A DNA stretch of 64,000 bases from Octopus bimaculoides (lineage: Eukaryota). Shown here piece by piece: positions 13,889 through 27,130 of the stretch. The stretch spans positions 15,254,503 to 15,318,502 of the forward strand of contig NC_068981.1 of the NCBI RefSeq assembly GCF_001194135.2, read 5' to 3'. The position numbers and the translations under genes are program-made. The notes below the pieces were generated by a model. It ran no database searches, was not told the origin of the DNA, and was given only the letters and a program-made list of their open reading frames with translations. Within the stretch, counting starts at the first letter, position 1. Each line of letters opens with the position of its first letter.

Positions 13889-16800
13889 GTGACACAGATT
13901 GCTTAAAACAAGGAAATCATGTGATATAGCAATGTTAACTCGTAGAGACACATCTAGTCAAACGTAGAAGATTTTACAAAGAAACAAATCCCTAGATACT
14001 ACGTAGAATATACGCACATACGTAACTGAATCTCATTCAGTTATACAAGCGTAAACATATATTTTATCGTGCACGATTCCAAATAATATACAAAGTTATT
14101 CGGTCAAATATTTGATTACAAATATGAGCAGAAAAATTAAACTCTTAGCATGTAATACACAAATCATGTGCATTTCCTATAAGATTTAGTAAGATATATT
14201 TCGGCTTACGCTGAGCAAATCAGGTTGCCGTACTATAAAAAAGAACATTTAAAATATTTTATCTTTCAGAGTTAAGTGAATGTATTATGAGATTCTAAAC
14301 TTATTCTTATCGGTGTATCGACTTGTTATCATAGGCATCGTCGTCCTCATTTTTGATATCACTACTGGAGCCATGTTTGTAACTGTCTTCCTCTAAATAC
14401 ATCACTAGCCATCTGCTATATCCTAAAACCTTTCTTTCAATCATAAGAACACTAAAACATCGATCTCATAAAAAGCTTTGGCGCATAAGTAATAAGACAT
14501 GGAATTCTAAATCGAGACCAGTCGTCAACATATCTTCTAGTATTTACATACTTTTCAGTTACAGCAGTACTAAATAATGCAAGTGGGAGGGTTTGAAGTT
14601 AATACCATCCTCAAAAGCAATGAGTAATCAGTGCCATAAACTTCCTCACAGCAGGAATCGCTACAGTGTCATGAACTCTATTAAGCGATGCTGTTTATAT
14701 AGTTGTAATCTGTTTTTATACATATTAATGTACATAGCCTTACATATTAATGTACATGTATATTAGAAATGCAGCAGTCCGCAATTTGTATTGCATATGC
14801 TAAAAATAGTAGCTTGATCGACTCTCAATCACGTCATAAATAAATGAAAAAGTACATTAGAAAATGTAATTTTAGAAATCATCAGAATTACAGCAGTTAA
14901 CACGGTACCCACCAATAACAACAGAACCTAACCATATGAAGCAAAGCAGATTACTGACTGCCAGCGTATATTCATTAGCATTATTTACTTTCACATTACT
15001 TAAAGTAATAAAGAAACCTGTTACTTTCATACTATTAATAGCTAAAATTAAATCTATATTTATCTCAAGATTGCTGAAATATACATATTATATTTTTTTT
15101 TACTGATATAAATATTTGAATTCTTATATCGTTATTAAATGTTCCGAGTATATGAATGGAATTTTGCTTCTTTTTGTTTTTCTTTTCGAGAGCCATAGTG
15201 TCTCACATTTTTAGTAAAATCTTTCTTTAGTAAGAAACATTCATTCTATTCTCAAAAGAGATATCTATTACCGCAATTATCTGAATTGATATTGCTAGAA
15301 TGCAAAATCGAAAATAATAATAATAATAATGTAAGTGTAACAGCCTCATTGCCTGAAGCAATTCTCTGATTGTATTGAATTCGTTAAAATATTTTGGAGG
15401 AATGGAGGATATAAAGAATCAGGAAAATTATAAATCTCTATTAGGAAATTTATAGGCAACACATTGCAAACGGAACTCAATCTAGTATAGCGTTCAATAA
15501 ATTACAGAATAATAGGTTTTATTAGTAATAAGACAAAGGGCTTCTTGTTACGAGCTAATTGATTACAAGACGCTAATGACAATCGAATCGCATGCTCTCA
15601 TGATAAATGATTTAGAAGACATTCACATTTTCAGATTCCTGTTATGTTCTGAATCTCTAGTAGAGTTGCACTAAAAATATGGTCTGGACTTGTTGCCATT
15701 ATTAATGGTATACGACTAGAAAAAAAATCAGCTTTAAGTCTTTAATTTCAGCGAGTTAAATATTTGGTTTTATTCATTTGTACGTATTGTGTTAGTATCA
15801 GATACATCCTGGAACGTTACGGCATGAAATAACTATCTCCAATGATTTCTGTAGCAAGTAAGACGCTGCTTTGATAATTGCATAAGTTCCATTCTTAAAA
15901 AGTTCACGGCCAATAATTTCGCTGTATGTAGATATTTAAATAACTTGAGTGTATGCTTTCAAAACAGTTATACTAAATGTGTATTAAAAATGTTCATTAT
16001 ATGATATGATAGATATGTACCAAAATCTATTTATCAGAAAAATCAAAACACTTTTCTTTTAACATAAAAACACTTCGCCGAAAATAAATTTAAATATTTA
16101 ATCAATAAAATATTTTTCCCATAATTATTTGCACGATATTTTAATTCAAACGAGAAAAACGTGGCTGGACCTTTGCGTCAACGTAATAGCTTTTGGCTAA
16201 CAATAATTTACCAGCTAAATCGAGCCTAAACAAAGAAAGGAAAATAACGAGCAATATCTTTCATGTAAATGCGGTCTGAAATATAAGTGAGAGGTATGAA
16301 TTAAATCACAGAATGTTAAAAACAATTAACGTCAAAAATTAAATATATAGTTTAAATTTTAACAAGAATGAAGTTATGTGCCAATATTTTTATTTAGACA
16401 ACTAAGCTAGCCAAATATTGTAGGTTATATATTCCCGATTTGAGCTGCACAAAATAAAAGTTTATGGAAGTTTTGGCGTTCATCCCAGAAGTATTAGCAA
16501 AACGTCCTTTCTTTCTCCTCTTGTATTGACTCATCATCCAATTTCATCGGAAGGAAAACTTATATAAAGCCAAAATGCGAATCGTTCTTTCGTAAATAAT
16601 TGGTGATTATTTAAATAGAGATATTCAATAATAGTTTGTTTTTAGGAACTGTACAACATCTACGAAATAAACTGTAAAATAAAGAGATTGTAGTTTCAGA
16701 AAATAGGCGTCGGAAATCTAAAAAGAAAAACATATAAATATCATAAAGACGGACATTCAAATACTTATATATGATAATAAGGTTCCTACCTATATATTTA

Positions 16801-17214
16801 CAACGGTGGAGAGGCGAGGGGATAGATGTTTCCCAAACATACGAGAATGAGTACACACATAAGGATAAACACACACAAACACAGACAAAATATACACACA
16901 TATTCACACAGACTCACATCGTATGTTATATCATTTACAGACTTATTTTATCTTCAAAAACATTTAATTATATATTATCATTGATAGTTTTGTGTGGAGA
17001 AATATATGTAATTGTGATTCTGCATATTGCTGTATGGATAATTTTCGTATATATACTTTTAATGGCATACAATTAACTCAACACACAAACACACACATAC
17101 ACACAGACAGTTATGTATGTACTTATGTATGTATAGGTATATACACATATACATGCACTTATATATACGTAGATATAAACGGAGATAAAATATAGGTAGG
17201 TAGATATATAGATA

Positions 17215-17425
<211 letters not shown>

Positions 17426-18015
17426 AACTGTAATTCTTTCATATGAAACAAAGTTCCCTGGAAATGAGATAATAATCTAGATATGGCGGTGAAGTAACAC
17501 GCCTCAATATTATGAATAAATTGCCGGTACGAACCAATTAACAAGTTAATGTAGTACAAAGGGAATGTTCCATGAAAGCCTGTATGTAGATTGTAAGATT
17601 GTGTTGAAAGCAAAGTTTATTTTTCTGGAACAGGCATTGTAGACCTATTGAATTCACTTATCAAACGTAATGTTATCACATCTGAGCAGGTCAAGATTGT
17701 TTTTATACATTAAGCTGAACACATAAAATTAAAATAAACTCAAAACTTCAAGCAGTGTGTTTCGATATTAGCAGAGTCACAAGTGTATGCATTGAAATGC
17801 GACAGTGCAGCTTCTGTGTCGCTCGCAAATGTAATATTCTGAAACCATACAAAATTCTAAATATTGATATTAAGTTGTGTCTAAATGCAGAGACATAATA
17901 ATTTTATGAAAAATGTCTTATAGTAGAAAATTAATATGTGATAGTTATGAATTTAATCTGTCACATGAAGAGAATGTGTAAGAATGCCACTGACAGCACA
18001 ATGCATTGATACAAG

Positions 18016-18214
18016 AAGGCGGTGAGCTGGGCAAAATGCTTAGTGCTATTTCGTCTCTCTTTACGTTCTGAGTTCAATTTCCACCGAGGTCGACATTACC
18101 TTTCATCCTTTCGGGGTCGATTAATTAAGTACCAGTTGCGTACTGGGGTCGGTCTAATCGACTGATCCTCTTCCCCGAAAATTTCGGGCCTTGTCCCGAG
18201 CGTAGAAAATAATA
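18016..18214 (+). mobile_element. family-B SINE with 12-bp target-site duplication
   Basis: Body GTTCTGAGTTCAATTTCCACCGAGGTCGAC...CATCCTTTCGGGGTCGATTAATTAAGTACCAGTTG. Flanked by CATTGATACAAG at 18004-18015 and 18215-18226. Confidence 0.88.
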
Positions 18215-18889
18215 CATTGATACAAGGTAAGTAAAACTCTATATATGTAGAATTACTATTACAGAGTAGTAGTAATGATAAACTTCATTTCCCATGGTGT
18301 ATTCTATTTCAGAGACCATCAACCTTTCAGTGTATTTAAATTGAAATTTAACCATTCATGTGTTACTCCAATTATTTTCAACAATAAAATCTGACAAAAG
18401 TTGGCAAGCATTAAATATATTATAGTGCACTTAGACCCCAGTCTGTTAATTCATCATTATGTTGCCTGAAAAGAGTCATAAATGACAGAATAGTCGTCGC
18501 GGATATTTAGTGAGTTAGGTCTCTTTTGGGATTAAAAAGAGCTCTGCTGTATGAACTGACCTATTGTTCTGGTGTCTGCAACCGTAAACTTCCACTGTAT
18601 TTGTGTGTGGTTGTGTGTGTGTGCGTGTGCGTGTGCGTGCGCGCGTGTTTGTGTAAGACTAAATACCAACTGATTAAAAACAAAATTAAATATACTAATA
18701 ACAGCAATAGCACGAACAGCATTAATAAAATAACAAATAATCTTTCTGCTCTTGGGACATGGCCAGGGAGTTTAAAGATAAAGCAAAGTGGATTACATGG
18801 ACTCCAGTACGTGACAGGTACTTACTTTCTTGATCACGTAATTATGACTTTCTTGATCACGTAATAATTCTCTTGAGTAGAGAAGCTTA

Positions 18890-19135
18890 GACGAGACCTC
18901 AAGGCAAGTACTTCATTGTTACGATATTGTGTTGCCAGAAATAATGACAGGCAAAGTTAACCTCGATAGAATTGCACCTAGGGAGTCGGACAATCCAACA
19001 TCACAATATGAAGAATAACATCAACAATTCATTAAATTTGGCCTCGCCCAGATTTGATTCCAGGGCGTTAACAAACAAAATACCAGTAAAGCATTTTGTC
19101 CATCAGGCTCACTATTCCGCTAAAGTCTCACCCTT
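18890..19135 (-). mobile_element. degraded family-B SINE remnants
   Basis: GGCAAAGTTAACCTCG (~18950) and GATTTGATTCCAG...AATACCAGTAAAGCATTTTGTCC (~19050-19100) match the reverse complement of the family-B head. Confidence 0.45.
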
Positions 19136-20197
19136 AATTATTTAGGCGTAATCTATTGACCAAATCTTTAGCTGGAGGAGTATATCCTAATGACTGCACT
19201 TTCCAGTTGTCGCATGTTTTATCAAGTTCGACTTTGTAAGGACGAAACGCTCAGTAAATTCGAACTCAGATCATTGGGAGACGTATATATAAAGAATGCT
19301 TTATTCTGCTCATTTTTCCACAAGTAGTTTCGAAACATTGATCCAACTTTCAGACGCTCACTCCATAGGTTACCGTATGAGGAGTAGAAGCTGAATAGCA
19401 AAATATAGTACAAAACGCAAACATTATGAAGACAGATAGAGTCAATGAACAAGAGAGGAAAAATTACAAAATAAATAAATATAAAATATAAAATTAAAAA
19501 AATATCTTATTAATTTGGAGATTAGACGAAGCTATTAGATGTAATGCCAAAATAGTTTGAAACTTTATTGGCTATTACTGAAGTAAAAACTGATATGATG
19601 GCTCTCCATTATCGAAGTAGAGAAACGAGAAAAAAATCAATTTTGTTTTCTCTTTTCATTATTTAGAATAGCTTGCAATATTTGTAAAGAGTATTTCATA
19701 AACATTGATTTCTTTAATTGTTAGACAGTGTCAAACACATTTCGCTGGCTCACTAACCAAAAGTCTGCTTTCTCTTCTTCATTGTTCTTTGATAAAATAT
19801 TATCGGTTAAAGCATTACAGCTGCACACGATGTATTTTTTCTTTCTTTTTGTATTAAGTACAGGGAAACCACAAGATATTATTGAAATTTGCTGTTTTCG
19901 AAATTGGTTTTCCAAGAATAAATTTTCAAAAGGGTCTGCTTTAATATTTTTACTTGCATGCACATATATTATTGCAACACCATTGTGCAACACACAAGTG
20001 CACGCACATCAGTACATTTTTAACAAATATTCTTTGTTTAAAATCCAGCGAATATTTCACTACGATTTTTGAAAGCATACACGTACACACGTGGACACAC
20101 ATCTATCTATAAGGTTGTGCGTGTGCGCACGTATGTGTGTGTGTGTGTGTGAAGAGGGAGAGAGAGAGTGAGAGTGAGAGAAAAAGAAAAAAAATTA

Positions 20198-20265
<68 letters not shown>

Positions 20266-21875
20266 ATTTATTTATTTATACGTATACATGATGTATATCA
20301 TACGTACGTTGTATAAACTACGAGTCTATAAACGTTACTTACAACATTTTGTAAGTACATAGTAAAGTGGTGACTAATAATCATTGAAAAGGAGCTACAC
20401 AATAGGAAAGTTCTAGTTTGTTTCAGACCGCATGACTCTTTAAAGCATTTGTAGTATAATTGGGGATTTCTGATTGGTAGGCTACAAAGGAAAATTCCAA
20501 TGTAATTTGTGTTATAAAACCTAATGTAGTGAAACATGAAATTTTCCTGCAGCCAATAATCTTGACTCTAACGCACCAACTTTTCTCCAACGACTAGCAG
20601 TAACCTGCAAACAGCCGAAACAGTTAAATCTATAGCGTCTGTCATAGCTTACATTAATATTACGTGGAATTGAAAATAATTCTTAGGTTGAAGTACAGAA
20701 ATATCTTGTACAAATTGGCATGCCGATAACAAAAAAAAAAAAAAAAGACAGAAAGAAAAGAAAGAACACTAAAATTCGTTTGGAAAATTATGATGTTCTC
20801 ACACGCTAACATTACAGCCTTTTTCTGATTATAGCTATAATCCTTACAACTACCCGCTAAAAATATATGAAATAACACAATATCATTAATGAATATCACT
20901 CTCCGGTGTATTTTCACTCAACACTGATAAGATTTTTTATAATTTTATTCCTTCTATGCTCATTCATCCAGCATAACAAAATTAAGATTCTGTATTCCTT
21001 GCGAATAATCTAAATGCTCAGATGATTTCATATTAATGCTTAGATAGTTTAAAACCATTAATCTATTCTGTAATATCACGATGTTGATAAATTATAATGA
21101 AACACGGGTATTCAATTACGAAATTGTTTAAAAAGCTTTCCAGTTGTGTATATAATTGAAACAATAACATTTTCAAAATATGCAAATAACATCGTCACCA
21201 CACAAAATTAAGCACCCACACAAATGCAAAGCTAGCCACACGACCGCACACACAATCACAAATGCATGCATATATGTACAGGTATACAAACACGTCTCTT
21301 TTGTTTGTTACATGTATGTGTGTGTAAGAATCACGCCGGTGTTAAAAGCAATTAAGCAAGGAAACTACTTAATACTGTTGCGTAGATTTTTAGGATATTA
21401 AGGATCGGTAACATAAATCTCTTACACATTTAACTGCTAAATGTATGTTTGCACGAAAGTATTTTTTTTCTCTGTGTGAGTGTGAGACCATGTGCGTGTG
21501 ATGGTGTATTAGTGTTCGCATTTAAAGTTGCAATTACAGCAGATGCGACTAACGCATATATTTAAAACTTTCTACAGGAATTAACACACTGCTCATACAT
21601 CTATTGATGCTTGTACGCTCATCAGCTATTGCCACAAGCCATCCTGTCGAAAAAAAAATCTATAATTGATATTACATCAGTATATGACTGTTAATCTATT
21701 GATTCTAGAAATATCAAATTTTACTAAATTTTTTGTTTGCTTTCGTTGGCCTTTTTTTCTTTTCTTTTATCGATCACATTCTAGAAACCTTTGTTACATA
21801 ATATATAAGCTTGGAAAGCAACACAAATACGTTACTCAAAATATAACACCATTAAACCATCAGCTAATATCAAAT

Positions 21876-21946
21876 ATGGCAACTAAGATATTTACTCGAA
21901 ATAACCTAAGAGAAATACTTACCATGAGTTTTCTGGAATTTGAATT
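21876..21946 (+). CDS. candidate first coding exon (MATKIFTRNNLREILTMSFLEFE+TT), phase-2 donor
   Basis: ATG in a caaatATGG context, open frame, ending at TT|GTAAGT. The phase matches the exon candidate at 22218. No family recognised. Confidence 0.25.
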
Positions 21947-22093
21947 GTAAGTTTAGATACATATATTCATATATGAAAACCTAAACGATGTTCTATAGTA
22001 AAAATAAGCTCAGTTGTCAACACAATAGGATATAATACAATACAGAAAACTACAGAATATCTTTCATCTAACAGGGGAACATTTATTTTACTT

Positions 22094-22784
22094 TAAAGAT
22101 TTGTAGGTACGTGGTACTTCGTTATAAGGTATACTGAATGCTTTCATAAGTCAGTACACTTATGTTCTACTGAGTCAGCAGTGCTCTTACTTTATTTTGT
22201 AAATGCTATTTCTACAGATATATGATAGAAGTTATAGCCAGCACTGATTTTTGCTACAATGTTTCATCAGATGTAAACAGACAATGTGATCGAAGACAAA
22301 AATGTGAAATTAATGTATATACCATATTTCAGAAGTTGTTACCCCTTCTTCAGAAATCATCTCATCTGCTATTGCCTCAGAACGTTGCTTATATAGCCAC
22401 CGAATACAAAGATGTTAAGTTATTTGATATACCATTTTACATATTTACACCAATTTCTGAGAGTGGTATGTAAACATTAAAGATTTGTAGTTACGTGATA
22501 TTTCGTTATGCAAATACAATATTCTATAAAGTATAATAAATGTTTTCATAAGTGAATACCACATTCTATTGCGTCAGCACTGTTCGTACATTATTTTGTT
22601 ACGGTTATTTCTACAGATACTATATAGGACTGATTTATTTCTCTATTCGTTGGAGAATTTTGATGCTATGTAGGAAAACGTTTCCTCCATCTACGACAGA
22701 TGTCATGGATTCCGAGTATAATCAGCATACAACTGTTTCACAACTATCAAAGATATACTGAAAATTTAAATATTCGATCATATG
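22094..22784 (+). repeat. ~385-bp period tandem duplication of intron-like sequence plus acceptor
   Basis: TAAAGATTTGTAG(G/T)TACGTG...TTCATAAGT...GTCAGCA...TATTTCTACAGATA occurs at 22094-22220 and 22478-22619. Confidence 0.75.
22218..22465 (+). CDS. candidate internal exon, Cys-containing, weakly SUEL/rhamnose-lectin-like
   Basis: Acceptor atttctacAG, 248-nt open frame (YMIEVIASTDFCYNVSSDVNRQCDRRQKCEINV...VAYIATEY...SES), donor G|GTATGT. The V..QC....KC.I and YI..EY pattern loosely recalls the SUEL domain C-terminal half. Confidence 0.33.
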
Positions 22785-24368
22785 GTGAGATATCAGAATG
22801 GTTGGAACACTTAAATATAACTATAATTTATATTGTTTTGAACTTTCACTTTTGTATATCAACAGACTAATTTTTGTGACAAAAGAGCTCGTCCGACCTA
22901 CTAATTATATCAAATCTCCAAATGTTAGAATTTTGCCTACCAAATTCACCATGCCCCTATATACTGCATTGTGAATCCCACGTGGTTGAGAACACAACTA
23001 TACTTCTAACAAACATCACACTACTTTACACATAATCTCATTCAGACTTGCACTGATGTCTTCACTTTCAACACAACAAGGAGGAAAACATCTAAATTGT
23101 TTCTCGGTAATATATTTACAATTTAAGCTGCTCTGAGAACACAGTGGACGCATTCATATCTTTGATTTATCAATGAAATCTTAAATGACATTCCATCCAC
23201 TTAGGCTTTCAGCGGGAATAAGAACCCTTGCATTTATACCTGGTGTTACTACTGATGGTGCTAACGATGCAAGTCTGGGAGAAGTTAAGTGTAAATGGGT
23301 GCAAATCCGTTATTAGTAAATTTGTGGTTTGTTAGCTTTAGGTCAGCTTTGATCGATGCAAAGCTATAATCAAAGGAATTCCGGCTAAATTACTCTTCGT
23401 CTCTAATTTCTAATACATTTAAGAGAAATAGATAAATAGATAAACATATATGCGTAGACATATATATATGTATACATNNNNNNNNNNNNNNNNNNNNNNN
23501 NNNNNNNNNNNNNNNNNNNNNNNNNNNNNNNNNNNNNNNNNNNNNNNNNNNNNNNNNNNNNNNNNNNNNNNNNNNNNNNNNNNNNNNNNNNNNNNNNNNN
23601 NNNNNNNNNNNNNNNNNNNNNNNNNNNNNNNNNNNNNNNNNNNNNNNNNNNNNNNNNNNNNNNNNNNNNNNNNNNNNNNNNNNNNNNNNNNNNNNNNNNN
23701 NNNNNNNNNNNNNNNNNNNNNNNNNNNNNNNNNNNNNNNNNNNNNNNNNNNNNNNNNNNNNNNNNNNNNNNNNNNNNNNNATATATTTGCATAAACATTC
23801 TATTATAACGTTTATGTACCACCAACCATTTATGAGGGTTCTTAAATATTTGTTCGAATTTATAAAATTGCCGAAATGATAATTAACTGTCAAATATAAA
23901 TTTCAGTCACCTGCATTTAAAAATTTGGTATTCCCTTATTTACATGTTCAACACCTTTTGCTTCTTACTTCTTATATGGAGTTTAAAACTAGCTCATCTA
24001 GAGAGAGAAAGTTACCTATAGTTCTATTTTATATTTATCCTCACTTAACTGTTACATGTTAGTCGTGTTTTAAATAGACATGACTTCTAGAAGAATTACA
24101 CATTAAAAATTAGTAGGAACACATTACCCATGCGATTCTAAAGTCCACCTTATTTCTTTATTAGATTCTTAGTTTTTCTTACTGCTCTAGCGATAAGTAT
24201 TCTTTGACGACTCAGGTCCTTAAAATGAAATTGTTGTCTTTCTGTACAAAACGATCGTCTAGCGAAATGAATAAATAAATATTTTATCCTATATTATCAG
24301 CTGATCTCCTCCATTTATTAAAAAATATGATTGAATGTGTTGAACTTCGTTCTATAACTTAAATCATG

Positions 24369-25292
24369 TCCGTTATTCTTCATCAGTTAATGACCAGATG
24401 GTGTTATTTAGTTTCACTCCATTAATGATAAGACTGAGTGGATTCCCATGCTGGCGGTGCTCGTGAAATTTGCAGAGAATATAGCTCCAAGAGCAAACAA
24501 AGCATGGATAGCAAGCGATACAGAGTGGAAATGCAAAAGTGAATTAATGAAATATAAGACGATGGACGTAGGACAATGACGAAATAAATAAGAAAGGTGC
24601 AAAATATAGCTTCAGAGCCAAAGAGCCACGAATGATGGGCAACGCTAAGAAGGCTATCCGAAAGAATAAGAAAAACGACAAATAGCAAAGAATGCGTCAG
24701 AGGGACCCAGAGAATTAAGGACCATTCAGCAACGCAACCAGTGAAAAAAAAGTGACAGAAAGAAAGGCTGGTCACGGGTCACGAGTCATCATCAAGCTGA
24801 GGAGAAACAGAGCAAGAGAGAGAGAGAGAGAGTGACAGAGAGATAACAAGGGGTGAGGGGAATGAAAAGGAGAAGGAAGAAAGGCTAGAAATAGAAATAA
24901 GAGGACGAGAAAGAGAAAGAAAAGAACGAAAAGAGGAAAAGGACTCCTCCTCCTTTTTCACCTTCGTCCATTTGCCCATTGACACATATTTAGCTTTTTG
25001 TTGTTCTGATTCTTTAGGGGAGCCTTCTAAGCGTTACCCACCATTCGTGTCTCTTTGACCCTGAGGCTATATTTTGCTCGTTTCTTATTAATTTCGTCTT
25101 TGTCATTCGTGCATCGTCCTAAATTACATTTATTCACTTTCCCACGCTCACTCATGCTTTGTTTGCTATCGGCCTTATATACTACGCAACTTTGGCGGTG
25201 ACTGCCAGCATGGGAATTTCCCCAGTCTTATCATTAATGGTGTGAAATTGAGTAATATTATCTGGTTGATAACTGACGAAGATTTAGGGACC
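24369..25292. repeat. long inverted repeat / foldback element, arms ~24369-24700 and ~24985-25292
   Basis: Left arm TTTCACTCCATTAATGATAAGACTGAGTGGATTCCCATGCTGGC...GCAAACAAAGCATG...AGTGAAT...GCAAAATATAGCTTCAGAGCCAAAGAG...AGAAGGCT aligns by eye with the reverse complement of the right arm. Confidence 0.85.
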
Positions 25293-25719
25293 TTTGGTGT
25301 CTGCCTTTTGTCCGTTCGTGTACGCAATATACGATATATGTATNNNNNNNNNNNNNNNNNNNNNNNNNNNNNNNNNNNNNNNNNNNNNNNNNNNNNNNNN
25401 NNNNNNNNNNNNNNNNNNNNNNNNNNNNNNNNNNNNNNNNNNNNNNNNNNNNNNNNNNNNNNNNNNNNNNNNNNNNNNNNNNNNNNNNNNNNNNNNNNNN
25501 NNNNNNNNNNNNNNNNNNNNNNNNNNNNNNNNNNNNNNNNNNNNNNNNNNNNNNNNNNNNNNNNNNNNNNNNNNNNNNNNNNNNNNNNNNNNNNNNNNNN
25601 NNNNNNNNNNNNNNNNNNNNNNNNNNNNNNNNNNNNNNNNNNNNNNNNNNNNNNNNNNNNNNNNNNNNNNNNNNNNNNNNNNNNNNNNNNNNNNATATAT
25701 GTATATATATATATATATA

Positions 25720-25920
25720 CGTCCGGCGTTCACCATGATAACTTGCTAGTCACTACACATTCTTTATTTTCTCTCCTTGTTTCTTTCTCCGTTCCTTTCT
25801 GTGGAAGAGTGTAGGCTTGAAACGTTAAAGAATTTTTCACTTCCCGGGCGTTATAATAATGCATCTATTTGTTGTCTATACCGCTTGTATTCGTCTTTTG
25901 TTGTTTTTGTGAATTCTCCC
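25720..25920 (+). mobile_element. Penelope-like element terminal (pLTR-type) fragment
   Basis: CTGTGGAAGAGTGTAGGCTTGAAACGTTAAAG resembles the GAAGA...GAAACGT terminal motif of Penelope-like elements. Non-coding, so the call rests on motif similarity. Confidence 0.4.
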
Positions 25921-26347
25921 TATGTATATATATGAATGTAAATGTTATTAAATTTCCTCAAAATATATTTTGTGCAGCTCAAACATTATCTAATATAGGA
26001 CTCAATACGTTGGGTAGAGTAGATATTCATGCTTAATATATCACAAATGAAAGTCTACCCAGATATCTACCTCGGTTTTATATACAACACCATCATTTAG
26101 ACTTATGTATTGCCCGGTGCCCTTCAAGGCTTCTGAGTTAATGAATATTCTTCTTTTAGCCCCTGCGCACATTTCTCTCGACGACACAGTTTGCGTGGTA
26201 TTCCTCAGACACTTGGAGATCCGAAAATCATAAACGCCTTTACTCTGCAAATGCTTTGTGACATATAGCTTTAAGTTTTGAAGAAAGTTTGAAATAATAC
26301 ATACGCATACTTGTATGCATACACGCAGACACAGATATATAACCAAT

Positions 26348-26393
<46 letters not shown>

Positions 26394-26909
26394 CGTGTGT
26401 GTAAGTAATTATGTGTCTCTACACACACACGCATACACACACACACCACATACACACATATTCGTGTATGTATGCATGTATTAGACGGTGTTAATTGCAA
26501 TTTACTTTCGACTGACTTCTGAGAGTTTAACAATCTTACAAATTTGTCTACCTTAATGGCTATATTAGAAGGCGTCATATTTAGATAATTTCATTTCGCT
26601 GACGGTTTCAACTTATTTAGTCACCTGATGTTCAATTTTTGAAGTTTTACAAAAGTGTTATTAATTTAAGTGTACCTGTACTTCATTATTTTACACTAAT
26701 AATTTGCAGTCACACAGAACTCTTTGCATCTGAAAATGAACTTGCATTAAAATTAGATGACAAACTAGTCGTGTCACGTTTTGAACATACTGTATTTTTT
26801 AAAGCGTTGCTATCATTAATTGATAATATCTTCCCAACATTTTGCAATTTTCTATGTTACTTATATTTAATACGCAACTATCAGTGAGAAAGTATATATA
26901 TATATTTGC

Positions 26910-27130
26910 ATTGAGAATCACTTCTCATCGCCAACCGGTGGTTGTCACACGCAGATGACAGGTCAATACCCAGAAACTCGGGTCCATGTGTATCACATGC
27001 TGGAGATGGGAATGATGACTTCCCTTTGCAAATACTGGTAAGGCACAGATAGTGTGTCAATAGACAACTGGAAGAGATGTCTTCCAGAGCTACAACCTAC
27101 AGTAGAATCGACCCTTAAAGTTTAGCCACA
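26910..27130. repeat. probable interspersed repeat fragment with short hairpins
   Basis: GC-richer island containing TGAGAA-tcac-TTCTCA and CTGGAAGA-gatg-TCTTCCAG stems. No coding signal. Confidence 0.3.

Noticed and set aside
14300-14700. RRYVDD and an acidic stretch on the minus strand
   Set aside because: No other Penelope RT motifs at the proper spacing, and stops flank it.
19170-19330. YPNDCTFQL CUB-like start
   Set aside because: Needs frameshifts, has no splice support, and overlaps the edge of SINE remnants.
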